In this document: one piece after another, positions 1-12,700 of the stretch
Numbering within the stretch: position 1 is the first letter of the stretch
Layout of the letters: every line of letters begins with the position of its first letter
Assembly (NCBI RefSeq): GCF_001194135.2
Contig: NC_068981.1
Location: 199,577,346 to 199,641,345, forward strand
Direction: 5' to 3'
Source: Octopus bimaculoides
Lineage: Eukaryota
DNA length: 64,000 nt
The notes under the pieces: model-generated
What the model saw: only the letters and a program-made list of their open reading frames with translations
Databases searched by the model: none
Told to the model about the DNA's origin: nothing
Program-made: the position numbers and the translations under genes

Positions 1-2
1 CT

Positions 3-164
3 CAGGGTCAAACACTGTCTGTAGCTGGTCTTCTCTTGGAAGAGCCCTGCTTCTCACATGGACAACTGTATGTTGGCTGCTCAAGAGTGGGCAGCAAAAA
101 AAACCTATTTGTATATGCTCCACAAGGGAAAACAAGGAACATTGTTTACAACGAGGTGTTATAA
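3..164 (+). pseudogene. Helitron PIF1-like helicase C-terminus (runs off the window start)
   Basis: Frame from nt 3 reads QGQTLSVAGLLLEEPCFSHGQLYVGCSRVGSKKNLFVYAPQGKTRNIVYNEVL*, matching the Helitron/PIF1 C-terminal motifs (SQGQT...FSHGQLYV..SRV...TRNIVY.EVL). Confidence 0.9.
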
Positions 165-265
165 TCACAACAGCAAGAAAGTATGTACATGATCACCTTC
201 TTTAACGAAACTTCATTGACTTTTATATATATATACGTGTGTTTGGGTGCGTGTGTGTATATACA

Positions 266-356
266 TCTCTATATATAAAGATGATGCGTAGTCTAGACGG
301 CGTTTTTAGATTTCATTTTTCTCTTTAACCCGGGCAACGCCGGGTATTTCTGCTAG
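266..356 (+). mobile_element. Helitron 3' terminus (GC hairpin plus CTAG), preceded by a Helitron-like 5' end
   Basis: Hairpin ACCCGG-gcaacg-CCGGGT at 328-345, then CTAG|T at 353-357. A|TCTCTATATATAAA at 265-279 resembles a Helitron 5' end. Confidence 0.85.
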
Positions 357-1828
357 TATTCTATAAATTCATTAAAATGATTACATAATACTTTAAATTC
401 AGTGAAAAGGGCGGGGGAAACCACAATGTTTTATTTTTCGTAGATTGTGAAAGATTATTTTTTTATTGAAGCCAAACCAGATTTGTTTGAGTAAGGTTCT
501 ATTTCTCTGCTTAAATGACGGATTATCTGAAGAAATAAAATACTGATTAAATTCTTCAATATCAGGATAACATAGACAACATTAATAAATTAGATTATTG
601 ATCTTTGGTTTTTTAATCCCAAGATCCATTCCACAAATTTCATGAGGATGTTCATATCATGGAACTATCTAAAGTCAATGAAAATATTGAGTCAATTACA
701 GAAATTGATATAATTTTCTTTTGCCCAAATATTAAGACATAATAAACTACGTACAAAATAGATAAATATTTATCCTTCCCCATATATTATTGATGTAAAA
801 TACCCTATTCTCCTCACATACTGACATGATTGTTAAAAGTCAGGAAGCTGTACTATACTCAAGAGATGAAAATGATGTAAAATTTAATGTAATATAGTAC
901 TTTTGATATTGGCACTAAATTTGAAGATAAAATGTAATTATTTCTACAATTACTTGAGCTGACATGCAAATTTATTCGACTGGCAGTAAAAGCTCAACAT
1001 ATTGCTTCGTATCTCAATTTTCTCTGTGATCGAGTCAGCCAGTTCAGGTCGATCACTGCCATATTTACATTCCAATATTCTGACACAATAAACATCAAAA
1101 TAGAATGGGTTACATTGTAATATGGCTGCAGATTTCCTGGAGATTACTTATTGATCACTATTGTTAAGCATTTGTAAAATATCATAAAATCATCATCATC
1201 ACAACCACCACCATTATCATCATCATCATCATCATTTGACCAACTGATTCCCCCCCCCCCCATTTTCCTATGGTTTCTATCTTCTAATGCACCTTAATCC
1301 TTCTTTATCTCCCTGCCAGAGCCAGCATACTCAAGCCTGACCACATTTCGTCTTACCAGAGACATAACTTACATTAATGTACACCACAATAAGATGTCTT
1401 TAGCAAAAAATGATGCAAAATGGTTTTTAGTACTTTATTTGTCGTATTCACGGAATATTTTGGCAGTAGACATTTATGTAAGAATAAAGAATGTACGGGA
1501 AATAGTTATTAACAGAAGTATATGAAGAGAGAGAAAGCTTTTAGCTTCAGTGGGACAAATATGGAGCTATCTCCAGAAATAAGCATGGTTATAATGAATA
1601 CACCATAGCGTAGATGGTTTAAGCAGTTGGAGATAGAAAACTGCAACATTTAAAGGGATACTCAAAGAACCCTGGGAGTCTTTTGTTGCAGTAGAACCTC
1701 TGCTAAATCAGTCTCCATCAACTGTTGTTATTCTTCAATAACTCAAAGTGTGAAAGCAGGGTCAATATTTCAAAATATATAAAAATGTCTATGCACTATT
1801 TATAGGCATGTACATATACAACACACAT

Positions 1829-2211
1829 GTTGTTGGCACTCTGTCGCTTACGACGTCGAGGGTTCCAGTTGATCCGATCAACGGAACAGCCTGCTCGTGA
1901 AATTAACGTGCAAGTGGCTGAGCACTCCACAGACACGTGTACCCCTAACATAGTTCTCAGGGATATTCAGCGTGACACAGTGTGACAAGGCTGACCCTTT
2001 GAATTACAGGCACAACAGAAACAGGAAGTAAGAGTGAGAGAAAGTTGTGGTGAAAGAGTACAGCAGGGTTCGCCACCATCCCCTGCCGGAGCCTCGTGGA
2101 GCTTTTAGGTGTTTTCGCTCAATAAACACTCACAACGCCCGGTCTGGGAATCGAAACCACGATCCTATGAGCGCGAGTCCACTGCCCTAACCACTGGGCC
2201 ATTGCGCCTCC
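1829..2211 (-). mobile_element. tRNA-derived SINE, well preserved
   Basis: Minus strand begins GGAGGCGCAATGGCCCAGTGGTTAGGGCAG (A box) and GGTTTCGATTCCC (B box), has a CpG-rich body and ends in a CAACAAC tail. Confidence 0.85.
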
Positions 2212-2242
2212 ACTCATACATACATACATACAAACACACGTG

Positions 2243-2288
<46 letters not shown>

Positions 2289-2325
2289 CACACACACGCA
2301 TGCATACATACAGTCTGATTACATA

Positions 2326-2420
2326 ATAAAAGACACTTGTGCAAGGTGCCATGCAGTGGAACAGAACCCAAAACCTTGTGCTTCACAAACAAACTTCTCA
2401 CCCACACACTCATGCCTGCA
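2326..2420 (-). mobile_element. Partial tRNA-derived SINE head (second family)
   Basis: Similar to the copies at 7312, 9455, 35335 and 44545 (GTTCAGTCCCACTGC.TGGCACCTT motif on the minus strand). Confidence 0.6.
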
Positions 2421-2955
2421 CCAATACTGGGATTAACTTTTGGAAATAAATTCTGTTGGCCTCACAACATTAAATATAGAATTTTGGTTTATGCATCAGT
2501 GTTTGGCCATGAATTAGGTGCACTAATGCTGTGTTTCCTTGACATTGAAATGATTTAAAGGAGAAAACATTCTTCAAATCAAATATGTCTAAGATATTTA
2601 AAATTCAACAAATTAAAGTGCATAAGTTTATTTCAGGAATAGGAAAGCACAGCAGTGTATCTATCAATTTCTTTTTCAATGGCAATCAATAAAACGTATT
2701 TTTCTTTCCTGAGAATTTTAATATTTCTCTTAAAATGTCTCCCAGAATATTCACAAATGATTTTAATGTCTTTGCTTTTCTCACTTGGATATTGAGAAAT
2801 AGAAATAAAATAGAAATCAGTGATGAAAAACTTGTTTTATTTGTAACACTTAATGAAGAATTACCATTGATAATAGAGCTTCTTGAATCTTAGGATGTGT
2901 GTGTATTGTGTATGTGTGTGTGTCTACATACATACATACATACACACACACAAAA

Positions 2956-2991
<36 letters not shown>

Positions 2992-3627
2992 NNNNNNNNN
3001 NNNNNNNNNNNNNNNNNNNNNNNNNNNNNNNNNNNNNNNNNNNNNNNNNNNNNNNNNNNNNNNNNNNNNNNNNNNNNNNNNNNNNNNNNNNNNNNNNNNN
3101 NNNNNNNNNNNNNNNNNNNNNNNNNNNNNNNNNNNNNNNNNNNNNNNNNNNNNNNNNNNNNNNNNNNNNNNNNNNNNNNNNNNNNNNNNNNNNNNNNNNN
3201 NNNNNNNNNNNNNNNNNNNNNNNNNNNNNNNNNNNNNNNNNNNNNNNNNNNNNNNNNNNNNNNNNNNNNNNNNNNNNNNNNNNNNNNNNNNNNNNNNNNN
3301 NNNNNNNNNNNNNNNNNNNNNNNNNNNNNNNNNNNNNNNNNNNNNNNNNNNNNNNNNNNNNNNNNNNNNNNNNNNNNNNNNNNNNNNNNNNNNNNNNNNN
3401 NNNNNNNNNNNNNNNNNNNNNNNNNNNNNNNNNNNNNNNNNNNNNNNNNNNNNNNNNNNNNNNNNNNNNNNNNNNNNNNNNNNNNNNNNNNNNNNNNNNN
3501 NNNNNNNNNNNNNNNNNNNNNNNNNNNNNNNNNNNNNNNNNNNNNNNNNNNNNNNNNNNNNNNNNNNNNNNNNNNNNNNNNNNNNNNNNNNNNNNNNNNN
3601 NNNNNNNNNNNNNNNNNNNNNNNNNNG

Positions 3628-3717
3628 TGTTGCCATCCGGTTTCACCAGTCCTCAGTCAAATCGTCCAACCCATGCTAGCATGGAAAGCGGACGTTAAAC
3701 GATGATGATGATGATGA

Positions 3718-3720
<3 letters not shown>
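3628..3720 (+). mobile_element. RTE-type 3' tail (SINE/LINE) ending in (GAT)n
   Basis: CCAACCCATGCTAGCATGGAAAGCGGACGTTAAACGATGATG; the same tail recurs at about 24870, 29760, 44220 (minus) and 56920. Confidence 0.7.
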
Positions 3721-3767
<47 letters not shown>

Positions 3768-4329
3768 TCAGTAGTTCATATATCCAAAAAGGAACACTCA
3801 AAAACATTGGAGCAATAATGTATTTCTAGGAAGTGAACTGTTACAGCTAGTCAGAGAGTGACCAGTGGTTTTGCACCTATAAAGCACTTGGCTGTATTAG
3901 TGATTTGTCAGATTCAAATTCAATTATGTATGGAGTGCCTTCCTCTTTTAAGAGCCATACATAGCTAGTCAGGGAAATGATGTTGCACCTTTCTGTTATC
4001 CTAATAGAGGACCTATGGTTGTTCAGATATTGCTTAAACAGGGGCCCAGTTGAAGCAGCATATTTTCATGTCTGTATATTGGATGTGCTGCCACTGATCA
4101 TGTTTCTTTCATTAACTCCAGGTCTTATGTCGTTGTTGTTATGGCTGGAGTCACTGCCAGTGCTGATATCCCTGGACTTGATTCTGGTGGTTCTGTTGTT
4201 ACAGACATGACAGCTATTTCCTCTTCTCTCTCAATGTAGAACTTGCAATGGAAGAATTTATACTGCACCTCTCACATGGACAAATATTTTTGGTCTACAA
4301 AACTAACCATGAAATATTCCTTCCTCCAG

Positions 4330-4600
4330 CTGTAAAGAGGTTATGCACCTTCTGTCATTTGAGTTTGGTGGGTCGCCTATACTGTTAAGTATTTTATAGG
4401 TGTGAAATGACCAGCCACAAAGATGAGATGTCATTTGTCTTTGAGGTAACCTGCAGAAGAATATGAAAGCTGTCCGTTTGTTCATTTGGCAGACTCACCT
4501 GAGGGACATAGACAGAGATAATTATTGCTGCAAAACTAGCCTGAGCTTAAGTACTCTATCACACATTCTGACTACCTCTATGACCTTATCAACCCATTTC
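4330..4600 (-). pseudogene. RTE-clade LINE APE endonuclease remnant
   Basis: Minus frame IIISVYVPQVSLPNEQTDSFHILLQVTSKTND, then FVAGHF, resembles RTE APE IISAYAPQ...AGDFNGH; frameshifted. Confidence 0.65.
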
Positions 4601-4987
4601 TCTGCAAGAATTATGCCCACACCACCTACCCCGTCACTATTCCCTACCTAGAAGATGTTATACCATATATAAATGAGCAATTTCCTCCCCTGCCCCAAAT
4701 AATAACTATCACCAATTACCTCCTCTTAAAATTTTCTACTCGTTGATTCATTCACAAACTTTCATACAAGAACATGCACTAAAAACTTAAGAAACTATGA
4801 AATCACAATAATTTCAATGTCATGATTAGCGAAAGCGAAACTGGTTGACAACCACAATATTCTTTCATTTAAAATATATTAAAAGTATGTAAACTGTGTG
4901 CATTTTCCTTCTTTTATTACATATATGTTTTTTTTGCATTACAACTCACCACATGGGGATAATCAAAATTCTCTTCCTCGCTTTTCT

Positions 4988-5028
<41 letters not shown>

Positions 5029-5299
5029 CTTTTACTAATTTGAGCTCAAGAGCTGCAGCCATGCTAGGCACAGTCATTAGATTTGCAACACTTTGATTAC
5101 TTCACTCTTCCTTTGATATGTAGCATTTGGTGAATGAGGGAGTTTGGTGTAGTTGCTCTCATTTGCATTTTCTGTTACGAGGTTAGTTCATCTAGAATTT
5201 TTGATGGAAGATCCAATTTTGTTTTAAAGACACCTATATCCACCCCATGTCGGTCACTCAGGATTCTCAGGAAGAAGATGAAGAGCTGTAGGTTAGCAT

Positions 5300-5600
5300 C
5301 CACTCACATCACATGACCAAACCAGCACAGTCTCCCCTCTTGCACCCTGCATCTAATCCCTCTTATGCTTGACTTCTCTCCCAATACACTAGCACTCTAT
5401 TGCCCAAGTACCCTGACTTTACACATCCAGTGGAGCATACTAACTTCATTCCTCTCCAACCTTCACATGTCTCCCTACCATGTAGAACTGCTGTCAATAT
5501 ACATGCCTCATACACTCTTCCTTTCATTCGGTGAGGGAAACCTTCGTAGCAACAGAGATAAAATCTCTCTGAATTCCTTCCCTCTTATTCTTATTCCAGC
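5300..5600 (-). pseudogene. RTE LINE RT C-terminal remnant
   Basis: Degenerate KGRVYEACILTAVLHGRET...RLCWFGHVM motifs. Confidence 0.65.
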
Positions 5601-7311
5601 TATTACGCTCTCTGTGCATCCTCCCCATGATTAATTTGGTCCCCTAGGTAGCAGAAATTATCTATGACTTCTAATGAGCCATGCCTTCATTAGAAATGCT
5701 AATGTTTCTGAAGTAACAAAGCTTCACAGGCTCCCCAGAATCGTAGCACACCATTATTTCTCATAGACATCTAAATTAATGCAAAAGTGGGTTAATTTGT
5801 GGAAGCTTTTCAAATGTATAATTTTCTTCTGTCTGCGTTGGTTCAGATATACAATGAAATTACCAAAATTTTATATTTAAACATTTTATACATGGTTGCA
5901 TTTATCTATTTATTTTATTTATTATTCATTCCTCTTTTTTTTTTAATTTGACAGAATTAGATTTGTTAATGATTCTATAAAGACTCTTCTTTCAATTTCA
6001 AGCTGGTTAATATTAATGACTGCTTGATGGCTTGATGGCTTGATATAGGAGCAAATAGTCTGCTAAGCCATCACATTCAGTTTAGGCAAAAAAGATATTC
6101 TTGGAGCTAGGTTTAAGATGCCAAAAGAATATTAATAAACTGATTTCTTTTCACATCGAAATCTGACTCTTTAAAATAGTAATTCTCATCTCCATTTAAA
6201 TTAATATTTGTTTCCTTTTCTCTTCATAAGATATTGTTGATAAAATTAAGTAAAGCTGCCAATAGAACATAGTAAAATTCAATTCAAAGTATAATCAGTC
6301 GTTGCTTTAAGAATATCCATCCATTGTTTCGGATAAGGTATGCTATAAAGAAACTAATCTTAAAGACATTAAGGATAGAAACTTAACTGAAATTAAAATA
6401 CAGAGGTAAAACTCTCTAAACAGCCTTTGTTGGTAGAGTCATGTTGTAATCCATGCATCTTTATCATAAGTAAACTGAATACTTCTGAATGATTTCAAGA
6501 ATTATATTTATCCTGGAAATTAAATTATTGCAAAGAGTTAATGGAGAACTCCTGTAGGGCATCAGTTTCTTTCATTATAATGTTGAAGCAAAAACCTACC
6601 TATAAAGATATCATTGATAGAAATCGTATTTGGTTATACTTCCTTAAATATCAAATGTGTTTTGCTTTGACTTATCATTCAAGAGATTTGAGAATCAACT
6701 AATCTCTATAAACTAACGAAGTTTAAACAGATTATTATAACTAAGAGTTATTTAATAGACTTTTGTCAGTCTTTTGGATAAGTTATTCGGGAAAATATCT
6801 ATTTCAAATAAGTTTGATTATATTCTTCATTATTCGATATTTCTAAAAGATTCTGTCTACAAATGTTGTGGATCAAGTTTCCTGTTCTTTGAAAGGTCAA
6901 AGTTTAGAAGAAATGATCAATAGAGGGAGAGAATGGAAGACATTGCTGACCTATTGTCATTGGAATTTTGCTACCAATAAGAATGATAGCCAAGTCATTG
7001 AAAAGCAATTGATTGAAAATGATCAAAGATTCTATTATTGATGACAGGTAACTAAGTCTGGGTCTGTGCAATAACAATGTTGGTGGAACTACTTCCAAAG
7101 GCTGAACTTCATTATATGTGTGATTCACAAAGAGGCCAATGATAAATACTTATGGTAACAGAACTCTATAAATCACCACCATGTTAAAATATGAATTTAG
7201 TCATTAAAACAAATTGATAGTTCACAAATTGACACCTACATATATTAGTGTGTTAATAGGACACTAGGACACCTCATTCTAGAATTCTTCTATTACATAT
7301 ATATATACATA

Positions 7312-7464
7312 GGTGCAGGGGTAGCTGTGTGGTAAGAAGCTTGCTTCCCCACCACATGGTTCCACGTTCAGTCCCACTGTGTAGCACCTTGAGTGTCTTC
7401 TACTATAGCTTCAGGCTGACCAAAGCCATGTGGGTGAATTTGGTAGTTGGAAACTGAAAGAAGC

Positions 7465-7470
<6 letters not shown>
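7312..7470 (+). mobile_element. tRNA-derived SINE (second family) ending in (TA)n
   Basis: GGTGCAGGGGTAGCTGTGTGGTAAG (A box), GTTCAGTCCC (B-box like), GGAAACTGAAAGAAGCCC tail. Confidence 0.8.
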
Positions 7471-7542
<72 letters not shown>

Positions 7543-8080
7543 TTGCAAGATTCTTGATGTGAAATCGTGTGTTGAAACAGATATTGTTGTATTTGGGGAT
7601 GGTCATGTTGCCAGTTTAGCCAATAAAACATAGACACACATAGAGGGATACGCATGCACAAATATAGACAAATACAATAGGAATACAAAATACAAAATGG
7701 CTGATCGTTAGCAAGGAGGGACACACATATAAGAAAGAAGAAAGCAAAGGACCACTTTATGCTATTTATTGTTATTTTGCTTTTGTGATTGATCTCTGCA
7801 GCGCTTCAATGAAAGGTAGTGCTCCAGCATGGCTGCAATCAAATGACCGAAACAAGTAAAAGAATAAAAGTAAAAGAATATATTTATATATTGTGTGTAT
7901 TTATCTGTTTATCTGACTGTGTCTGTCTGTCCGTCCGTCTGTGTGTATATAAGACTCAGGTAAGTTAGACTGGTTTCCACCCTTATCAACCAAGCCATGA
8001 CTCACTTAATAACACCATCCAAAGAGGTCTTTTAGGTCGTGTCTTGAGACGCCATAGATCAATCGAGCAAAGAGTCGTTG

Positions 8081-8323
8081 TTGGCTGACACGAATCCAGG
8101 TTTCCGTGATTTGTGTTGTACTTCTTGGCTGACACGAATCCAGGTTTCCGTGATTTGTGTTGTACTTCTTGGCTGACATGAATCCAGGTTTCCGTGNNNN
8201 NNNNNNGTTGTACTTCTTGGCTGACATGAATCCAGGTTTCCGTGATTTGTGTTGTACTTCTTGGCTGACATGAATCCAGGTTTCCGTGATTTGTGTTGTA
8301 CTTCTTGGCTGACATGAATCCAG
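8081..8323. repeat. 44-bp minisatellite, at least 6 units (one interrupted by a 10-N gap)
   Basis: Unit TTGGCTGACAYGAATCCAGGTTTCCGTGATTTGTGTTGTACTTC starts at 8081, 8125, 8169, 8217, 8261 and 8305. Confidence 0.95.
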
Positions 8324-8439
8324 ATACCATTCAAAGGTTGTGGGAATCTTTTGTATTCTGAGCACAGTGTTATCTGTATTACTTTATAACATACACACAC
8401 AATGGGAATGAAGGCTCAACACCACATTGGTGCATAAAT

Positions 8440-8535
8440 ATTCTTTATACACCAACAAGGCTACCAATGGTTTCATGTGAAGAGAGAGATCTCTTTACAG
8501 GAAGCCATTGGTAGCCTTGTTGGTGTATAAAGAAT
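8440..8535. repeat. Near-perfect hairpin, about 46-bp arms and 4-nt loop (MITE-like)
   Basis: ATTCTTTATACACCAACAAGGCTACCAATGGTTTCATGTGAAGAGA-gaga-TCTCTTTACAGGAAGCCATTGGTAGCCTTGTTGGTGTATAAAGAAT; 3 mismatches between arms. Confidence 0.95.
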
Positions 8536-9454
8536 AATTATAAAACATATTGCTTTAATGAAACTGAATACCTTGACAAACTGTTTCTTTGAGTTTCATG
8601 TAACCAATCATTGCATAGATGCACACAACTAAATTTTTGAAACAAATGTTTACAAATGGTGTAAATGAGCATTTTTTGGCAAATAGCCAATAAATATTTA
8701 AAGCTGATTGGACAGGTTGAGATTATGCCATATTAAAATTAATGGAATCTATCGAATAATAGGATTTATTGTTGAAGTGGAACAACACAAACATTAATAA
8801 CTGAAAGTTGAATAAAAAGAAAAAAAGGTTTCTATGCTTTATTGTTGGGAAATTGTTGTAATATTTGCAAGCAAGGAAAAACTGAGGCAAAAATCAGTTT
8901 AAAATTTGAAGCAAGTCTATAAATAGAAACTGAAAGTAAAAAATTAAACAATTTAATGAATAAAAAAAATAATAAAATGAGAGAAAATGAGTATCACAAA
9001 TGAAAAGATGAATGAGCTTGGCATGAGGGAAAAGGAAGAAAAGGAAGAGGCATTGTTAGGGAGTGACATAGTAAGATAAAGTGAGAGAGAGAGAGGGGGG
9101 GGAGGAGAGTTTGATAATGAAGATTAATACTTCAAGTAGAGAGGAAAAATAAATAGAATAAAAATCCTTATGCATATTAAGAGATTAAAGAAGTTGGCTT
9201 AAATCTGGAAATATACAAAAATATGAGTTGGCTTTTTCTGCAACTGAGTTCATTGCTGAAGTAACAGCATCAAACTATCGAATGGTGGGAAATTGCAAAT
9301 TAGCAACTAAATCAAGAACATCATTCTTTATTTTAAGATTGTTATACGTCTTGAGTCACAATGTTCTCTTATTTATGGACATAATCACATCCTTTGAACC
9401 AAAATAATTTATTTTCCATTGAACATTGCTAAACAAGAAGCTAATCTTGGACGT

Positions 9455-9750
9455 GTTTTAATTGTTGCAGTCATTGGTCTGCCATGATGCTGGAGTGTAA
9501 GCAAATAACTCACAAAGCCTGGTCTGTATCTTGTCTATTTCTTTTTCCAAACCACTAAGTTATGGGGATATAAATAAACCAACACCAACTGTGAAGTGGT
9601 GGGACAAACACAACAAAAACAATCATAGATAAATAATACATCCATTCATATCCTAGCAAATCCACTCACAAGGCTTTGGTGGATTGACCCAGCTTTTATA
9701 ATAGAAAGCACTTGCTCAAGGTGTCATGCCATGGGACTGAACCCAAGACC
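9455..9750 (-). mobile_element. Degenerate SINE(s)
   Basis: Shares the CAAATCCACTCACAAGGCTTTGGT and GGGACTGAACCC segments with the 35335 and 44545 copies. Confidence 0.55.
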
Positions 9751-12700
9751 ATTAGCCTTTGCCTAATTCATTAGATGTTTAGAATAAGTTACACTAAAGT
9801 GTGTTGAAACCAAGGAATCCTGCACGGGGTCAATGGAGCTGATTTCTATGGTTGAAATTTCAATTGTGTTCATTATTTGAAATTTTTATTCTGTTTAGTA
9901 AATCTTGCCACTGATAATGCAAGGTCTTTAGTAACTTTCCAATAAATGGCTGTTTTCAAAATGCTAGCTAAACTTTTAAATCAAATGTCAAACTAATAAT
10001 GAAGGAAAGCCTGTATTACAGAAACTGTTTCTCTGTTCGTACATTCTATCAAACTGTATATGACAGACTATGACACAATGAATTACTTCCAGAATGCAAG
10101 GACAGGTTAAAGATCATGCAAATCAATAACTTAAACTTAAAACCACATATAAGCTATTCATATTGATCGATAAGTCAGTGGGGAGGGGTCAAATAAGTTT
10201 AAGAAATGTTTGAAATTATGGAATGCTAATTTTTCTTAAATATAAAGGTTTTAGTTGAGAAAATATCAATAAAAACAAGTAAAGAACAATAACAAAAAAA
10301 CCCCAGTCTGAATCTCTTTAGAAGGGAAGGAAATGCTTTGGGGATTTTGTTGAATGAGATGGAGCAGCATGAATAACGTTTTGCTGTTGTAACAGGAGGA
10401 AGAAACTGTAATCTGTGAGTTGCTATAGTAACCCATGAAGTCAAATTTTACTCAGCCTTGAAACTTACAAAAGAGTGGACTTTACTAAAGATACCCCCCC
10501 CCCCAAGGGCCAGATTATGGGATAAAACAGATTAAGTGTGCCATCAGATAGAGTTCATCACACGGGCTTCTGCCCAGTTTCTGTTGTCCTCCTTTACCTC
10601 ACAAGTTGAAGGTCAGCATGCTCCCATGCTATCTTACTGAATTCAGAACCATTTGATTACAAAGTTATTTTATTAACAACACAGCTACATCTTGTATCCA
10701 ATTCCTAAGCAAAAGTAATTGTGAATTAGTTTTTCCCCATTTGTGTTAAGTGGAAGAATCATTCTTCTACTTTGCTTTCTGCATTCTCAAGAATTTATTT
10801 CTTTTATTCCTTTGTCTGATAAAGAGAGAAGCAGCACTCGTGGTATTTTCCTGACAATGTTTAAAACAATAAACTGAAAAGTTATAAGTTAACATAGAAC
10901 AGACAGTGAATGTTTAAATATTTAAGGAATTTCCAAAATATAGAATTCCTCCATTGAAAGACATCTCCAGATGTACACCATTGTCATTATTGATTTTTGC
11001 AGGCATTGATTACTTGAAAATAGATAAACTTAACAAGTTATTTGAAGCTTTTCACACAGGTAAATTTTTAATATTCTTCTATCAAAAATAACAGCAACTA
11101 TTGAAATTCTTTTAATTTTCAATGTTTTCAAAATGATTATTTTTATTTGCTTTTTGTTCAGTGTCTGTTGAATTCTCTTTAATTCAGCATTTCCATTTTT
11201 AAATAAGTCTTCTCATCACAATGTTTTTTGGTTTTTATTTTTACCAGTTTTATTTTACTTCAAGTTTTTGAATTCTTAATTTCCTTCTTTTTTAACAAAA
11301 ACTATTTTTCCAACACATCTGTTATGCTAAAAGGAATTTCCAAATGCATCTGTTTTTAACTTTGTCCATTTCCTTCAATGGAAGATTCAGCATTTTTTTT
11401 TCACTAATTCTTTTAAAATCCTGAACTTTTAGTTGCAGCTAGAATGTTCTGTCAACAAAAAATAAATTGAAAAACACCAAAAATTTAAGAAGTTCTAACT
11501 TTTATATACAAATGTACATTGTTTACTTCTATCGTGATTCTACAAGAAATCATGGCACTAGAAATGTTATTCAAAGATTGCAAATGTAAATTTCTGTTTT
11601 ATTGGTAAAAGTTTTCAGTGGAACTGGTTTCTTGATGGTCAGAATCTCCATATGAATCTTCAATGATTGAGTAAATTGTGGATGATCATTAGCCAGGTTT
11701 TAGTAAATTTATAATAATTCCAATCATTTACTTAGTTTTACAATGGATTAAAAATTCTAGAAGATAAAATGGTAAAAATAAATATATTTGACTTTTGACT
11801 ATCCCCCACTTCCCCATTCCTCCATCTCCTATATCTTCTAACCCTTTCTTCCCCCCAAGTGGAAAGGAATTACACTATGGCAACCTTTACATGCCCCCCC
11901 CCCCATGACTCATCTGTCACCTATACTCCTTTGGAGTTGATACCTTGAGGATATACTCTGGCCTCTCCTCAGCACTCCCTCATTTACAGAGTGGAGTAGC
12001 ACTGTATCTCCTCATACTCCATCCTTTCATCTTCCCTCCTCGTTACCCTCATCACTACCCCTCCACACACACACCTTACCTTTCTCCCCATTACCCATTT
12101 CCTTCTTATCTTCCCTTCACACACCAGTTTACCCACCCATATGTAATATTGGGTAGCACTACATCTCCACCTCCACCCACCCCACTCTGTACTACCCTCT
12201 CACTAACCCGCCCCCCTTGACACTTTTATGTCGATGGCAGGGGTCAGGCTATATCCTTAGGGTAACTGGTGTAAGAGAGTATAGTGACAGATCTGAAATA
12301 CTGTAAACAAAATAATTTGTTTTAATATCAACTGACTGCATAGATCCATAACACAGTGAATAATCAGGAAGTCCAGCTTATCAAACCATCCATCACAGGG
12401 TTGGTGACGAGTCTAGAGTTCACAGGTAATTTAGAGTTAGGCTACTTCAGAATAATTCTTCACTCATTTTGAAATGTATTTTTTGGTAACTGGTATGTCA
12501 AAGAACAAACCCAACGTTTCCTTTGCATGTCATAAAAGGTAACTAAAAGAAGAGTTGAGGTAGGATTCTTCACTCCGACCTTAGAAATCCCTCACCAGCA
12601 ACGACTCCGCAAACTGACTGATGAGCTGGAAGGTTGTTGGCTGATAGCTGCAGAAGCATCGTCTACCAGGCGTATGAGGGAATCACCAATAAACATGGTG

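Noticed and set aside
1829-2211. tRNA gene
   Set aside because: The tRNA-like head continues into a long SINE body and tail, and related heads are dispersed through the window.
2883-3705. Long ORFs spanning N gaps (also 43706-44041, 46638-46933, 52414-53052, 61561-62597)
   Set aside because: They are made of X residues and (TA)n/(CA)n translations.
4308-4530. Apparent host exons with CAG|GTGAGT donor and TTCTTCTGCAG acceptor on minus
   Set aside because: The sequence is explained by an RTE endonuclease remnant read in another frame, and the implied intron is only about 48 nt.
8081-8323. CRISPR-like array
   Set aside because: Head-to-tail identical units with no unique spacers, no cas genes, and a eukaryotic context.
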